Shown: piece by piece, positions 32,052-40,853 of the stretch | Position numbering within the stretch: the stretch's first letter is position 1 | Layout of the letters: every line of letters starts with the position of its first letter | From: Nitrospirota bacterium | GTDB taxonomy: Bacteria > Nitrospirota > UBA9217 | Reading direction: 5' to 3' | DNA: 64,000 nt | Assembly: GCA_963790205.1 (NCBI GenBank) | Contig: CAWBNQ010000001.1 | Span: 768,001 to 832,000, forward strand | Program-made: the position numbers and the translations under genes | Notes under the pieces: model-generated | Told to the model about the DNA's origin: nothing | The model's database searches: none | Seen by the model: only the letters and a program-made list of their open reading frames with translations

Positions 32052-32717
32052 CTACTGGTTCGTTTTTTTCTCCGCATAGGCTGCCAGCTTTTTATAAAAA
32101 TCCCTGCCTAGGAACGTTTCGATCGTTTTTTTGAGGCTCTTGTACATCGGCGCCCCTTTCGGCTTCTTCATGCAGGGGATATGGTCGAGGTAGGGAGTGT
32201 CCTGGATGGAAAGCACCTGCTTGCCGTCCCCGGTTGAGTAAAATGCGAGCGGATACTGGACGCAATCCGCGAACTTGAACTCTTCCCAGACCATTCCTTT
32301 GTCAATGGCATGGGTGTGGACCGCGCAGTAACGGAAGCCTTCCTTGTTCGTGTAGAGGAGTGAACAGGTGTTCTTAAAGATCAGGATACAGCGGAAGTCC
32401 TGGCCCTTGAAGGCCCTCCGGATCGCTCGGGCCTCGTCATCATGGATCTCGCAGCCCTTGAGGCACTGTTTTTTGCAGTCCGCGAGTATCGTGCCGTTCT
32501 TTTTGAGGACTCCCCGGTTCTCGGGACTCAGATAGGCCAGGATCTCGTCGAAATGCGCTTCGATTTTCTTCGTTTCCTGAGCGGGTACGATGCAGGCACG
32601 GTAGCAGCATTGTGATTTGCAGTCGTAGCCTACCACGTCGCAGGTGTAGGGGCGGGTGAAGATCTCCGGGTTGACGAGCACCGAAGCGATCTCGACGAAG
32701 CTTTTTTCTCCAGTCAC
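32052..32717 (-). CDS. Cys-rich DUF3109-like protein
   Basis: C…CKSQCC…C…CAVH…KFADCVQYP pattern; GGAGG then GTG at 32717. Confidence 0.65.
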   Translation of the reverse strand: MTGEKSFVEIASVLVNPEIFTRPYTCDVVGYDCKSQCCYRACIVPAQETKKIEAHFDEILAYLSPENRGVLKKNGTILADCKKQCLKGCEIHDDEARAIRRAFKGQDFRCILIFKNTCSLLYTNKEGFRYCAVHTHAIDKGMVWEEFKFADCVQYPLAFYSTGDGKQVLSIQDTPYLDHIPCMKKPKGAPMYKSLKKTIETFLGRDFYKKLAAYAEKKTNQ

Positions 32718-33196
32718 GGTGGAACCTCCAGGTAGCAGAAGATTAAGAAGCCGGAAGCCTGTCTCCTGCATGATTTTCAACTCTCCGGCGACTGCCTCCC
32801 GGGAGTGCAAAGCCCAATATTAAAACTATCCGCCCACGATGTAAAGTCTTTTTTGCGGATAGCGGCGACCGGTGTGCCGCGCTTTCGCACGCGGCCCGGA
32901 AAACCGCACCAGAGAGCTCCGGAGGCCGCTTCATGCAGCTCTTTGCATGACGTTTCGGCACGAAATATCCCTCAACCGCCGAGCAAGCGGGCGGTGTCAA
33001 CGGCTCTCCGGCCGAATTTTTCGATTGCCCGACCACTGACAAGGAAAAATTTTTCAGAATGTGTTGATCAGGACCTCTCGTTGCTGCAAATTAGCTTTCT
33101 CCGCCTCCAAGGAGGACTGAAAAAGGCCGCGACAAGCCTCGTGAGGAGGGTGAAAAAGGGCCGCGAGAAAAAAATGAAGCTCTGGCCATTTTATTC

Positions 33197-33225
33197 TTGA
33201 CAAAGAGAGTTAATTTTGATAAATC
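33197..33225 (+). promoter_or_regulatory. Sigma70-type promoter of the spe operon
   Basis: TTGACA-N17-TAAATC with an extended -10 TG. Confidence 0.6.
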
Positions 33226-33376
33226 ACACTTAACTTTAATGAGTGACGCGCCGTCTGAAGTAAGAGACGGATTGGATTCGGACGCTAGCCCTTCCGTGGG
33301 AACGGAAGGCGGTGCTTGCGGAGATCCCGACCCTGTCGGGAAGCTTGTGAAGCAGGCGGAGAAGGAGGTAAACAGG

Positions 33377-33805
33377 TTGCACGCGTTAGGAACCCACCTG
33401 TTGCTAGAATTGCGGGATTGCAACCGCAAAACCCTCGGTAATCTGGAGTTTGTACAGGAAACACTAAAAAATGCCGCACTTGAGGCAAAGGCGACGATTG
33501 TAGAAGTCGCTTTCCACGAGTTCAGCCCCTTTGGCATCAGCGGGATGGTGGTCATCGCCGAATCCCATCTTGCCATCCATACGTGGCCGGAATACGGCTA
33601 CGCCGCAGTCGATGTCTTCACCTGCGGGGACCTGATCGATCCCAGGGTCGCCGCAAATTACCTCATTGAAAAGTTCAAGTCCAAAGACCCCTCGATCATC
33701 GAGATCAAGAGGGGGATCCTCGGCAATAAAAAGCTTCCCCATAAGGCCTTACCAGGAGAGACGCTTCAGCATGATAGAGCCCAAGAGCTACAAGTGGTTC
33801 ATTGA
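33377..33805 (+). CDS. speD: S-adenosylmethionine decarboxylase proenzyme
   Basis: AAGGAGGT SD with TTG start; IAESHLAIHTWPE and DVFTCG motifs. Confidence 0.95.
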   Translation: MHALGTHLLLELRDCNRKTLGNLEFVQETLKNAALEAKATIVEVAFHEFSPFGISGMVVIAESHLAIHTWPEYGYAAVDVFTCGDLIDPRVAANYLIEKFKSKDPSIIEIKRGILGNKKLPHKALPGETLQHDRAQELQVVH

Positions 33806-34691
33806 GTATACGAGCCCCGAAGAGGGGCATTTGCACGGCATCCGCATGATCCACTATGCAAGCCAGACCAAGTACCAGCGGATGGAGATCATGGACAGTG
33901 GAAGCTATGGCCGGTGCCTCGTGTTGGACGGTAAGATGCAGTCCACCCTCACCGACGAATTCATCTACCATGAGGCGCTGGTGCATCCCGCGCTCCTCAC
34001 CCATCCGGACCCGAAACGGGTCTTTATCGTGGGCGGTGGCGAGGGGGCCACGCTCCGCGAGGTGCTCCGTCACAAGAGCGTGGAATACTGCATGATGGTG
34101 GACATCGACCAGGAAGTGGTCGAAAAGTCCAAGGAGTTCCTGCCTGAATGGCACCAGGGCGCTTTTGACGACCCGCGAACCGATCTGCGGTACATGGATG
34201 CGCGCAAGTATCTCGAAGAAACGACCGACACCTATGATGCCATAATCATTGATATTTCCGAGCCCGTTGAGGAAGGGCCTGCCTACCTCCTGTTCACGCG
34301 CGAGTTCTACGAGATCGTAAAAGAGCGTCTGAGCCCGGACGGGGTCATCTCCCTCCAGGCGGGGACCACGGCCCTGCATTCACTTTTGAACTTCACGGCC
34401 GTGGACAAGACCCTGAACGCCGTCTTCCCCGTGGTCGCCCCCTATGCCGTGTCCATTCCGTCCTTCGGCCTTCCCTGGGGCTTTACCCTGGCCTCGAAGA
34501 ACCTCGATCCACGGAAGTTCGCTCCCAAGGACCTGGACGCCATGATCAAGAAGAGGATCAAGGGCGAGAACCGGTACTACGACGGCATTACGAACCAGGG
34601 CATGTACATGCTGCCCAAGCATATTCGCAAGGCCTTAGCGGAAGAGACCAAGATCATAGAAGATAATGCGCCTCTCTTTACCTATCATTAA
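33771..34691 (+). CDS. speE: Polyamine aminopropyltransferase (spermidine synthase)
   Basis: LVLDG.MQ, DEFIYHEAL.HP and GGGEGATLRE motifs. Confidence 0.95.
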   Translation: MIEPKSYKWFIEYTSPEEGHLHGIRMIHYASQTKYQRMEIMDSGSYGRCLVLDGKMQSTLTDEFIYHEALVHPALLTHPDPKRVFIVGGGEGATLREVLRHKSVEYCMMVDIDQEVVEKSKEFLPEWHQGAFDDPRTDLRYMDARKYLEETTDTYDAIIIDISEPVEEGPAYLLFTREFYEIVKERLSPDGVISLQAGTTALHSLLNFTAVDKTLNAVFPVVAPYAVSIPSFGLPWGFTLASKNLDPRKFAPKDLDAMIKKRIKGENRYYDGITNQGMYMLPKHIRKALAEETKIIEDNAPLFTYH

Positions 34692-34757
34692 TGGCTGGGG
34701 GAAAAGTTCCCCGGAGGATTTTCCCGTCGCCGACGCTGATAGGATAATAAAAAAACG

Positions 34758-36242
34758 ATGAATCCTCCTCCCAACCGAATAGAGGACGAGCAGTTCCGCA
34801 CTCCCCTGTTCGACGCAATGGTCAACCTTGCCGAGAGTCGCAAGGTCTCCTTCCATACCCCCGGTCATAAGAGCGGCAAAGGCATTTCAACCCGGTTCCG
34901 AAAATTCGTGGGACCGCGCATTTTCTCCATCGACCTTACGACACTTGACGAGGTCGACTCGCTCCAGAACCCCACGGGAGTCATCAAGGAAGCGCAGGAG
35001 CTTGCCGCCAGGTCCGCAGGCGCGGACCGCTCGTACTTTTTAGTGAACGGCACCACCGTGGGAAACCACGCCATGGTGGCCTCCACGACCGGGCCCGGCG
35101 ATAAAGTGATCATCGCCCGTAACTGCCACCGCTCCGTGCTTACCGGTCTTATCATGAGCGGAGCCCAGCCGATCTTCTTTCAGCCGGCCTTTGACCGGGA
35201 CCTCAAGCTCACCCTGAACGTCACCTTCGCGGCCGCGAAACAGGCCATTGACGCCAACCCCGGGGCGCGGGCGCTGCTTATCACGAGCCCGAACTACTAT
35301 GGCCTCTGCGCCGATATCGAGAAGATCATTCCCTATGCCCACGAGAAAGGCCTTATCGTGTTCGTGGACGAGGCGCACGGCCCTCACCTCAAGTTCAACC
35401 CCAAGCTGCCCATCTGCGCGCTCGAGGCAGGGGCCGACCTCTGTGTCCAGTCCACGCACAAGATCGTGGGCGGCATGACCCAGGCCTCCATGCTCCATGC
35501 AAAAGCCGAGCGGATCAATATCGACGATGTGACAAACACGCTTAAACTCCTGCAGACCACGAGCCCGTCCTATATCCTGATGGCATCCCTCGACCTGGCG
35601 CGCATGCAGATGGCCACGGAAGGCAAGAAACTCCTGAACCGGACTATCAAGCTTGCCGAGGAAGCCCGCGCGGAGATCAACAAGATCCCCGGCATCACCT
35701 GTTTTGGCAGGGAGCAGGCCAGGGGAGCGGGCATGGCGGACATGGACGTGACCAAGCTCACCATCACGGTCTCGGATATGGGGCTTTCGGGTTACCATGT
35801 GTCCCATGTGCTGAACACCCGCTTCGGCATCCAGGTGGAGATGGCGGACCCTTTCCACGTGCTCGTGATCGTATCGATCGGAGACCGCCAGGACGACCTG
35901 AACCTGCTTGTGGAGTCTCTCCGCGTGATCGCCATGGAGACCGGGCTCCAGGGCGCGCTCCTGCCGCTCGATAAGGTCCATCCGCCGATGCTCCAGAACC
36001 GTTTTGCCATGACGCCCCGCAAGGCCTTCTATTCCGACAGCGAGCTTGTGAACGTGAACGACGCCGCGGGCAGGGTCTCGACGGAGATCGTGACCGTTTA
36101 TCCCCCCGGCATCCCGCTCCTTGTCCCCGGAGAAGAGATTTCCCGCGACGCCATCGACTACCTCCAGAACATGGCAGGTCTCGGCGCGATCATCGACGGC
36201 ATGAACGAGAACAACACCCTCGTGCGCGTGGCAAAGGCATAA
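34758..36242 (+). CDS. speA: Orn/Lys/Arg decarboxylase (Bacillus SpeA-like)
   Basis: FHTPGHK, LVNGTT, DEAHG, QSTHK, TTSPSY and YPPGIP motifs; substrate inferred from operon context. Confidence 0.85.
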   Translation: MNPPPNRIEDEQFRTPLFDAMVNLAESRKVSFHTPGHKSGKGISTRFRKFVGPRIFSIDLTTLDEVDSLQNPTGVIKEAQELAARSAGADRSYFLVNGTTVGNHAMVASTTGPGDKVIIARNCHRSVLTGLIMSGAQPIFFQPAFDRDLKLTLNVTFAAAKQAIDANPGARALLITSPNYYGLCADIEKIIPYAHEKGLIVFVDEAHGPHLKFNPKLPICALEAGADLCVQSTHKIVGGMTQASMLHAKAERINIDDVTNTLKLLQTTSPSYILMASLDLARMQMATEGKKLLNRTIKLAEEARAEINKIPGITCFGREQARGAGMADMDVTKLTITVSDMGLSGYHVSHVLNTRFGIQVEMADPFHVLVIVSIGDRQDDLNLLVESLRVIAMETGLQGALLPLDKVHPPMLQNRFAMTPRKAFYSDSELVNVNDAAGRVSTEIVTVYPPGIPLLVPGEEISRDAIDYLQNMAGLGAIIDGMNENNTLVRVAKA

Positions 36243-36399
36243 TCCTTAAATCCCTTGGACACGCACAAGACCGGATTTTCATCGATTATCTTAGGGCCTA
36301 AAGCCTTGTACGAGTCATCTCGATAAAAGTATCACTGTCGTTTTGTTGCCAAGCAAGTCTGCGTAATCTTCTATGTTAAAAAGCAAGTCTTTCTTTTGG

Positions 36400-36625
36400 C
36401 ATAAACGCATCTCTTTTATTAAGGAGCGATTTATAGCGAACGCAATCTTCAAACCCAATCTTCTATGAGCAGACAGTCTTCGTTGATGAAGAAAACGCTG
36501 CATTGCCTTGATTAATTATGAAGGCGTGGGTTCGTAGTCTGTGGAAGCACAGACGGCATCTTTCGATCCGCTGTAGATTACGCAAGACGATACCCACGGT
36601 GAAACACGGGTTTAAGATCGGCTAT
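36400..36625 (-). ncRNA. Putative bridge/seek RNA of the IS110-family element
   Basis: Stem / internal loop / GAAA-capped stem at 36525-36598. Loop strands match the two target flanks; a 9-nt match to the donor end lies at 36459-36467. RNA boundaries approximate. Confidence 0.75.
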
Positions 36626-36638
36626 AAATATCGGTTTT

Positions 36639-37709
36639 TTATTGAACAACCGCCGTAGTGTATTCTTGTTGGTTCTTTAAAACGTACCGGACGCGGTTTA
36701 ACAGCTTCCGGGCGATCCGAACGATAGCTTTGGTCTTTGTCATGTGTTTGCACAGCTCATTGAACGCCATCATTAGGGCAGGGTCTTTTCGCACCGCCGT
36801 CCAAGCGCTTTCGATCAAGACGAAGCGAAGCTGGGCGTTCCGCCTGCCGGTCATGCCGGTTTTAAGGTCCTTTTCCCCGCTGGAATCGGTATCGGGGATA
36901 AGGCCAACGTAGCTGCAGAGTTTGTCGAGCGTCTTGAAACGATTGATGTCATACAGCTCCGTCAAGAGCATCATCGCGGTCAAGGTACTGATTCCCGGCA
37001 CGGTCTTAAGTATCCGGACATTGTTCCGATAGTCGTCCGAATTGGCCAGGGCGCGGATCGCCCGGTTCATCTCGGCAATGATATGCCGAAGATGCTTAAG
37101 CTCGTCTAAGTGTATCTTGAGTGATAGGTTGCCGCTGGCCCGCTCCATTTGTACGGACTCGATCCAATTGATGAAGCGTTTGGACCAGTAACCGTTGATG
37201 AAATCGTCCGGTATGTCGATACCGTAAAAGCTCAGGATCGACTTGATCTGGTTCTTGCAGCGAGTTTGTTTCCTTACCATGCTATTTCGAGTACGAAGGA
37301 GGCTGCGGTCCTCGACTTTTGGTCGCGTAGGGACATAGATCCCTTCGATGTCGCCGTTTCTGAGGCTCCGGGCTAGCTTGCGGCAGTCCACCCGGTCGGT
37401 CTTGCCTGCGCGCTCTTTGTCTTTTGTGGGCACATCCGCCGGATTGACCACGAGACATTGTATGCCTCGCTCCTGAAGCCGGTCATGTATCCAGAAACCG
37501 GAGTAACCGGCCTCATAGACCGACTTATAGGCTGCACCCGGAAAATTGCGTTTGAGATAGTTTACCAGCACCCCGACCTCCGGAGGTTGTGAAAAGGTCT
37601 TATGCTCGAACTGATCGGTAAAAATACTGATGCTCCAACTTTTCTTATGAATGTCCATACCGACATAAATTTGTTGACCAGTGAAATCGAGTCTGCTAAC
37701 GTTATTCAT
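36639..37709 (-). CDS. IS110-family DEDD recombinase/transposase
   Basis: VGMDIHK, YEAG and KTDRVDC (RuvC-like DEDD); TVPGI and SYVGLIPDTDSSG (Tnp_20, catalytic Ser region). Confidence 0.95.
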   Translation of the reverse strand: MNNVSRLDFTGQQIYVGMDIHKKSWSISIFTDQFEHKTFSQPPEVGVLVNYLKRNFPGAAYKSVYEAGYSGFWIHDRLQERGIQCLVVNPADVPTKDKERAGKTDRVDCRKLARSLRNGDIEGIYVPTRPKVEDRSLLRTRNSMVRKQTRCKNQIKSILSFYGIDIPDDFINGYWSKRFINWIESVQMERASGNLSLKIHLDELKHLRHIIAEMNRAIRALANSDDYRNNVRILKTVPGISTLTAMMLLTELYDINRFKTLDKLCSYVGLIPDTDSSGEKDLKTGMTGRRNAQLRFVLIESAWTAVRKDPALMMAFNELCKHMTKTKAIVRIARKLLNRVRYVLKNQQEYTTAVVQ

Positions 37710-37832
37710 GGCAAGTCTCCTTTTGGTGTATTTTGGTCCGGGATAGACCTAATATACCTTAAGTCAGACTTGCCTTTTTAATCATAAGGTCTGTGTGCTC
37801 TGCGGATCAACTTATACCGTAAGGAGCTCTTC

Positions 37833-39074
37833 ATGCTTTTTCAAGCGTTGCTCGGTCTCATGGTGTTCACCGGGATCGCCTGGCTCATGAGCGAGAACAG
37901 GAGGGGCGTCCGGTACACCATCGTCCTGACCGGCATCGCGGTCCAGCTCTGCATTGCGGGCATCCTTCTCTTCATTCCGTTTTTCAAGAAGTTCTTTTTG
38001 CTTCTCAATAATGTCGTCCTGGCGCTTGAATCAGCGACCAGGGCGGGCACGTCCTTTGTGTTCGGTTATATCGGCGGCGGCGCGCCGCCTTTCCTGCTCC
38101 AGGACCCGGGATCGAACTTCATCCTCGCTTTCCAGGCGCTCCCGCTCGTGCTCGTGATCGGAGCGTTATCAGGGCTTCTCTTTTACTGGCGAATATTGCC
38201 GTATATCGTACGGGGCTTCTCCTTCCTTCTTCAGAAAACCATGAACATCGGCGGCGCTCTCGGGCTCGGAGCCTCGACCACGATCTTCCTCGGCATGGTG
38301 GAAGCGCCGCTCGTCATCAAACCGTATCTCAAGAACATGACCAGGAGCGAGCTCTTCTCGCTCATGACCGTTGGCATGGCCTGTATCGCCGGGACCGTGA
38401 TGGTCCTGTACGCGACGATCCTTCAAGGCGTGATACCCGACCCGCTCGGCCACATTCTCGTCGCGTCTTTTATTCACGTGGCCGCAGCCATAACGATCGC
38501 ACGCATCATGGTGCCCGAGTCCGGGGAGGAGACCTCGGGCAGCTTTATTCCCCGGAGAACGGCCACCAGCTCCATGGACGCCGTGGTCAAAGGGACCATG
38601 GACGGTCTTCAACTCCTTCTGAACATCATCGCCATGCTCGTGGTCATGGTGGCCCTGGTGCATCTTGCGAACCTGCTCATCGGCCTGCTTCCCGACCTGG
38701 GCGGCAAGCCGCTCACGCTTCAGCGCATTCTCGGTTTCGCCATGGCCCCGATCGTCTGGCTCTTCGGCATCCCGTGGCCGCAGGCCCAGACCGCCGGATA
38801 CCTCATGGGAACCAAGACCATCCTGAACGAGCTGCTCGCGTTCTTGGAAATGTCCAAGCTTCCGGCCGAGGCGCTCGACCCGCGCAGCCGCCTGATCATG
38901 ACCTATGCCCTCGCGAGCTTCGCCAACTTCGGAAGTCTCGGTATCCTCATCGGCGGCCTAGGGAGCCTCGCGCCGGAGCGGCGCGACGAGGTCGTGGGGC
39001 TCGGCATGAAGGCGCTCGTTGCGGGCACGCTCGCCACCTGCATGACGGGCGCGGTGATCGGGATATTTACCTGA
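37833..39074 (+). CDS. CNT-family (NupC-like) Na+/H+:nucleoside symporter
   Basis: FVFG, FLGMVEAPL, GTKTILNE and FANFGS motifs. Confidence 0.92.
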   Translation: MLFQALLGLMVFTGIAWLMSENRRGVRYTIVLTGIAVQLCIAGILLFIPFFKKFFLLLNNVVLALESATRAGTSFVFGYIGGGAPPFLLQDPGSNFILAFQALPLVLVIGALSGLLFYWRILPYIVRGFSFLLQKTMNIGGALGLGASTTIFLGMVEAPLVIKPYLKNMTRSELFSLMTVGMACIAGTVMVLYATILQGVIPDPLGHILVASFIHVAAAITIARIMVPESGEETSGSFIPRRTATSSMDAVVKGTMDGLQLLLNIIAMLVVMVALVHLANLLIGLLPDLGGKPLTLQRILGFAMAPIVWLFGIPWPQAQTAGYLMGTKTILNELLAFLEMSKLPAEALDPRSRLIMTYALASFANFGSLGILIGGLGSLAPERRDEVVGLGMKALVAGTLATCMTGAVIGIFT

Positions 39075-39192
39075 TCAGATCCGCAGGGCGCATGACGTAT
39101 GGCGTTTCAGGTTTTATATCCTGCCTTTAGCTCCTTGCTCCATGCTCTTCTCTTCGATACCCTTCCTCTCGCTAATCTGATATAATTCAATC

Positions 39193-40806
39193 ATGCGCTT
39201 TTTTCGCTATCGAGGCAGGTTCTTTCAAGGCGTGGGCCTTTTCCTTCGAGTGCTCCTGAGCTACAAGCTCCTCGGCCTCAGGAACGCCTTTGCCTCACCC
39301 GCGGTAAGGCAGGAGCGGCTGAAACGGCTGCACGCTGCCACGGCCCGCCTGCTTCGCGAGCACATGATCGAAATGCGCGGCGTCCTTATCAAGATCGGTC
39401 AGTTCATGTCCTCCCGCGTCGATATCCTGCCCGAGGAGTATACCGACGAGCTCTCGAAGCTCCAGGACCAGGTTCCGCCCGCCCCGTTTGCCGACATCGC
39501 GCGGCGCGTTACGGAAGAGCTCGGGCCCATGGACGAGGTTTTCTCGTCCTTCGACGAAGTCCCGATCGCTTCGGCCTCGCTGGGGCAGGTCCACAAGGCG
39601 TGCCTCAGGGACGGGGACTGCATCGTGGTCAAGGTCCAGTACCCCGGCATCGAAGAGGTGATCGCCGCGGACATGAAGACGCTCAAGTTCGTGATACGCA
39701 TCCTGAGGCTCCTCTTCCGGCATATCAACCTCGACGTGATCTACTCCGAGTTCTCCCGGATCGTCATGGAAGAACTGAATTACCTCCAGGAGGGAAAAAA
39801 CGCCGAGACCTTTGCCCGGAACTTCGCCGAAAACAAGCGGATCGCGATCCCGATGGTCTACTGGCCGTTTACGACGTCCAAGGTGCTTACCCTCGAATAT
39901 CTCGAAGGCATCAAGATAACCGAATTCGACCTGATCGACAAGCAGGGGATCGACCGCAAAGAGGTCGCGCGCATTCTCGCCGAGGCATACGCACAGATGT
40001 TCTTTGTCGACGGCCTGTTCCACGGAGACCCGCATCCCGGCAATATCTTCGTGCGGCCCGGGCCCGAGGTCATCCTCGTGGACTTCGGGATGGTGGACCG
40101 CATTTCGGCGCCGCGGCGAGAGGCGCTTCGCCGCGCCTTTACCGCCATCGTTGACCGCGACGGCCTCGGGTTCGTCCGCGCGCTCGTGGACATGGGGTTC
40201 ATACCGCTCACGAAGGACATCCAGCCGCTCGTGCAGTTCGTCGAGAGAATTTTGTCGAAATACCGCGACCTGTCCGCTTCCGAGTTCAAGGCCATGGACA
40301 TCGATGAAATCGGCCGCGACATCCGGGAGGCGCTCCAACTCAATACGGCGATCCAGATCCCGAACGACTTCATTCTCTTCGGCAGGGTCGTCGGGATGTT
40401 GAACGGCCTCGGTTCGAGGCTTGATCCCGACACCAACATCATAGAGATCGCGGCGCCCTTTGCCAGGCGCTTCATCAAGGCCGAAGAGTTTACGCCCGCC
40501 GGAATACTCAAGAATGCGGCCGTGACCGGACGCGCGCTCGCGAGGCTGCCGAAGCTTCTGGCCGACTTTCTCGTGACCACCAGCCGCGGCGAGACGCGGG
40601 TGGAGATCACCTCGAAGGATATCGTCGAGGAGCTCAGAAAGATCTCGAGCATCGGAAGGGGCTTTATTCTCTCCATCCTCATTGTGGGGCTCGGCATGGC
40701 GTCGCTCTTCCTTCGCATCAATCACTTCAACCGGGAAAGTTTGTGGGCGGCGATCGGCGCAGGGACGCTGCTTCTCTGGCTGGTGCTGAGTTTGAGAAAG
40801 ACCTGA
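39193..40806 (+). CDS. ABC1/UbiB/AarF family atypical kinase
   Basis: IKIGQ, LQDQVPP, ASASLGQVH, VKVQYP, HGDPHPGN and DFGM motifs. Confidence 0.93.
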   Translation: MRFFRYRGRFFQGVGLFLRVLLSYKLLGLRNAFASPAVRQERLKRLHAATARLLREHMIEMRGVLIKIGQFMSSRVDILPEEYTDELSKLQDQVPPAPFADIARRVTEELGPMDEVFSSFDEVPIASASLGQVHKACLRDGDCIVVKVQYPGIEEVIAADMKTLKFVIRILRLLFRHINLDVIYSEFSRIVMEELNYLQEGKNAETFARNFAENKRIAIPMVYWPFTTSKVLTLEYLEGIKITEFDLIDKQGIDRKEVARILAEAYAQMFFVDGLFHGDPHPGNIFVRPGPEVILVDFGMVDRISAPRREALRRAFTAIVDRDGLGFVRALVDMGFIPLTKDIQPLVQFVERILSKYRDLSASEFKAMDIDEIGRDIREALQLNTAIQIPNDFILFGRVVGMLNGLGSRLDPDTNIIEIAAPFARRFIKAEEFTPAGILKNAAVTGRALARLPKLLADFLVTTSRGETRVEITSKDIVEELRKISSIGRGFILSILIVGLGMASLFLRINHFNRESLWAAIGAGTLLLWLVLSLRKT

Positions 40807-40853
40807 GCTTGCACGAAGGCGCAGATGAAGAAGGCGGAACTGGAGGTCCGGCT

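Larger units (their letters stand above)
36367..37792 (-). mobile_element. IS110-family element of IS1111-type architecture (sub-terminal IRs, long 3' non-coding end), flanked by a TCT core
   Basis: Sub-terminal IRs at 36372-36390 and 37766-37786; TCT at both junctions (36367-36369, 37790-37792); removal restores a 9-nt periodic repeat. Confidence 0.85.

Noticed and set aside
33197..33376. 60-aa N-terminal extension of SpeD shown in the ORF track
   Set aside because: That ORF starts at the TTG of the -35 box. The strong SD and the homology both point to 33377.
39295..40725. Long antisense ORFs (also 3342-4379, 4433-5800, 28710-29795, 35040-35981)
   Set aside because: Shadow ORFs opposite well-supported genes, typical of GC-rich codon bias.
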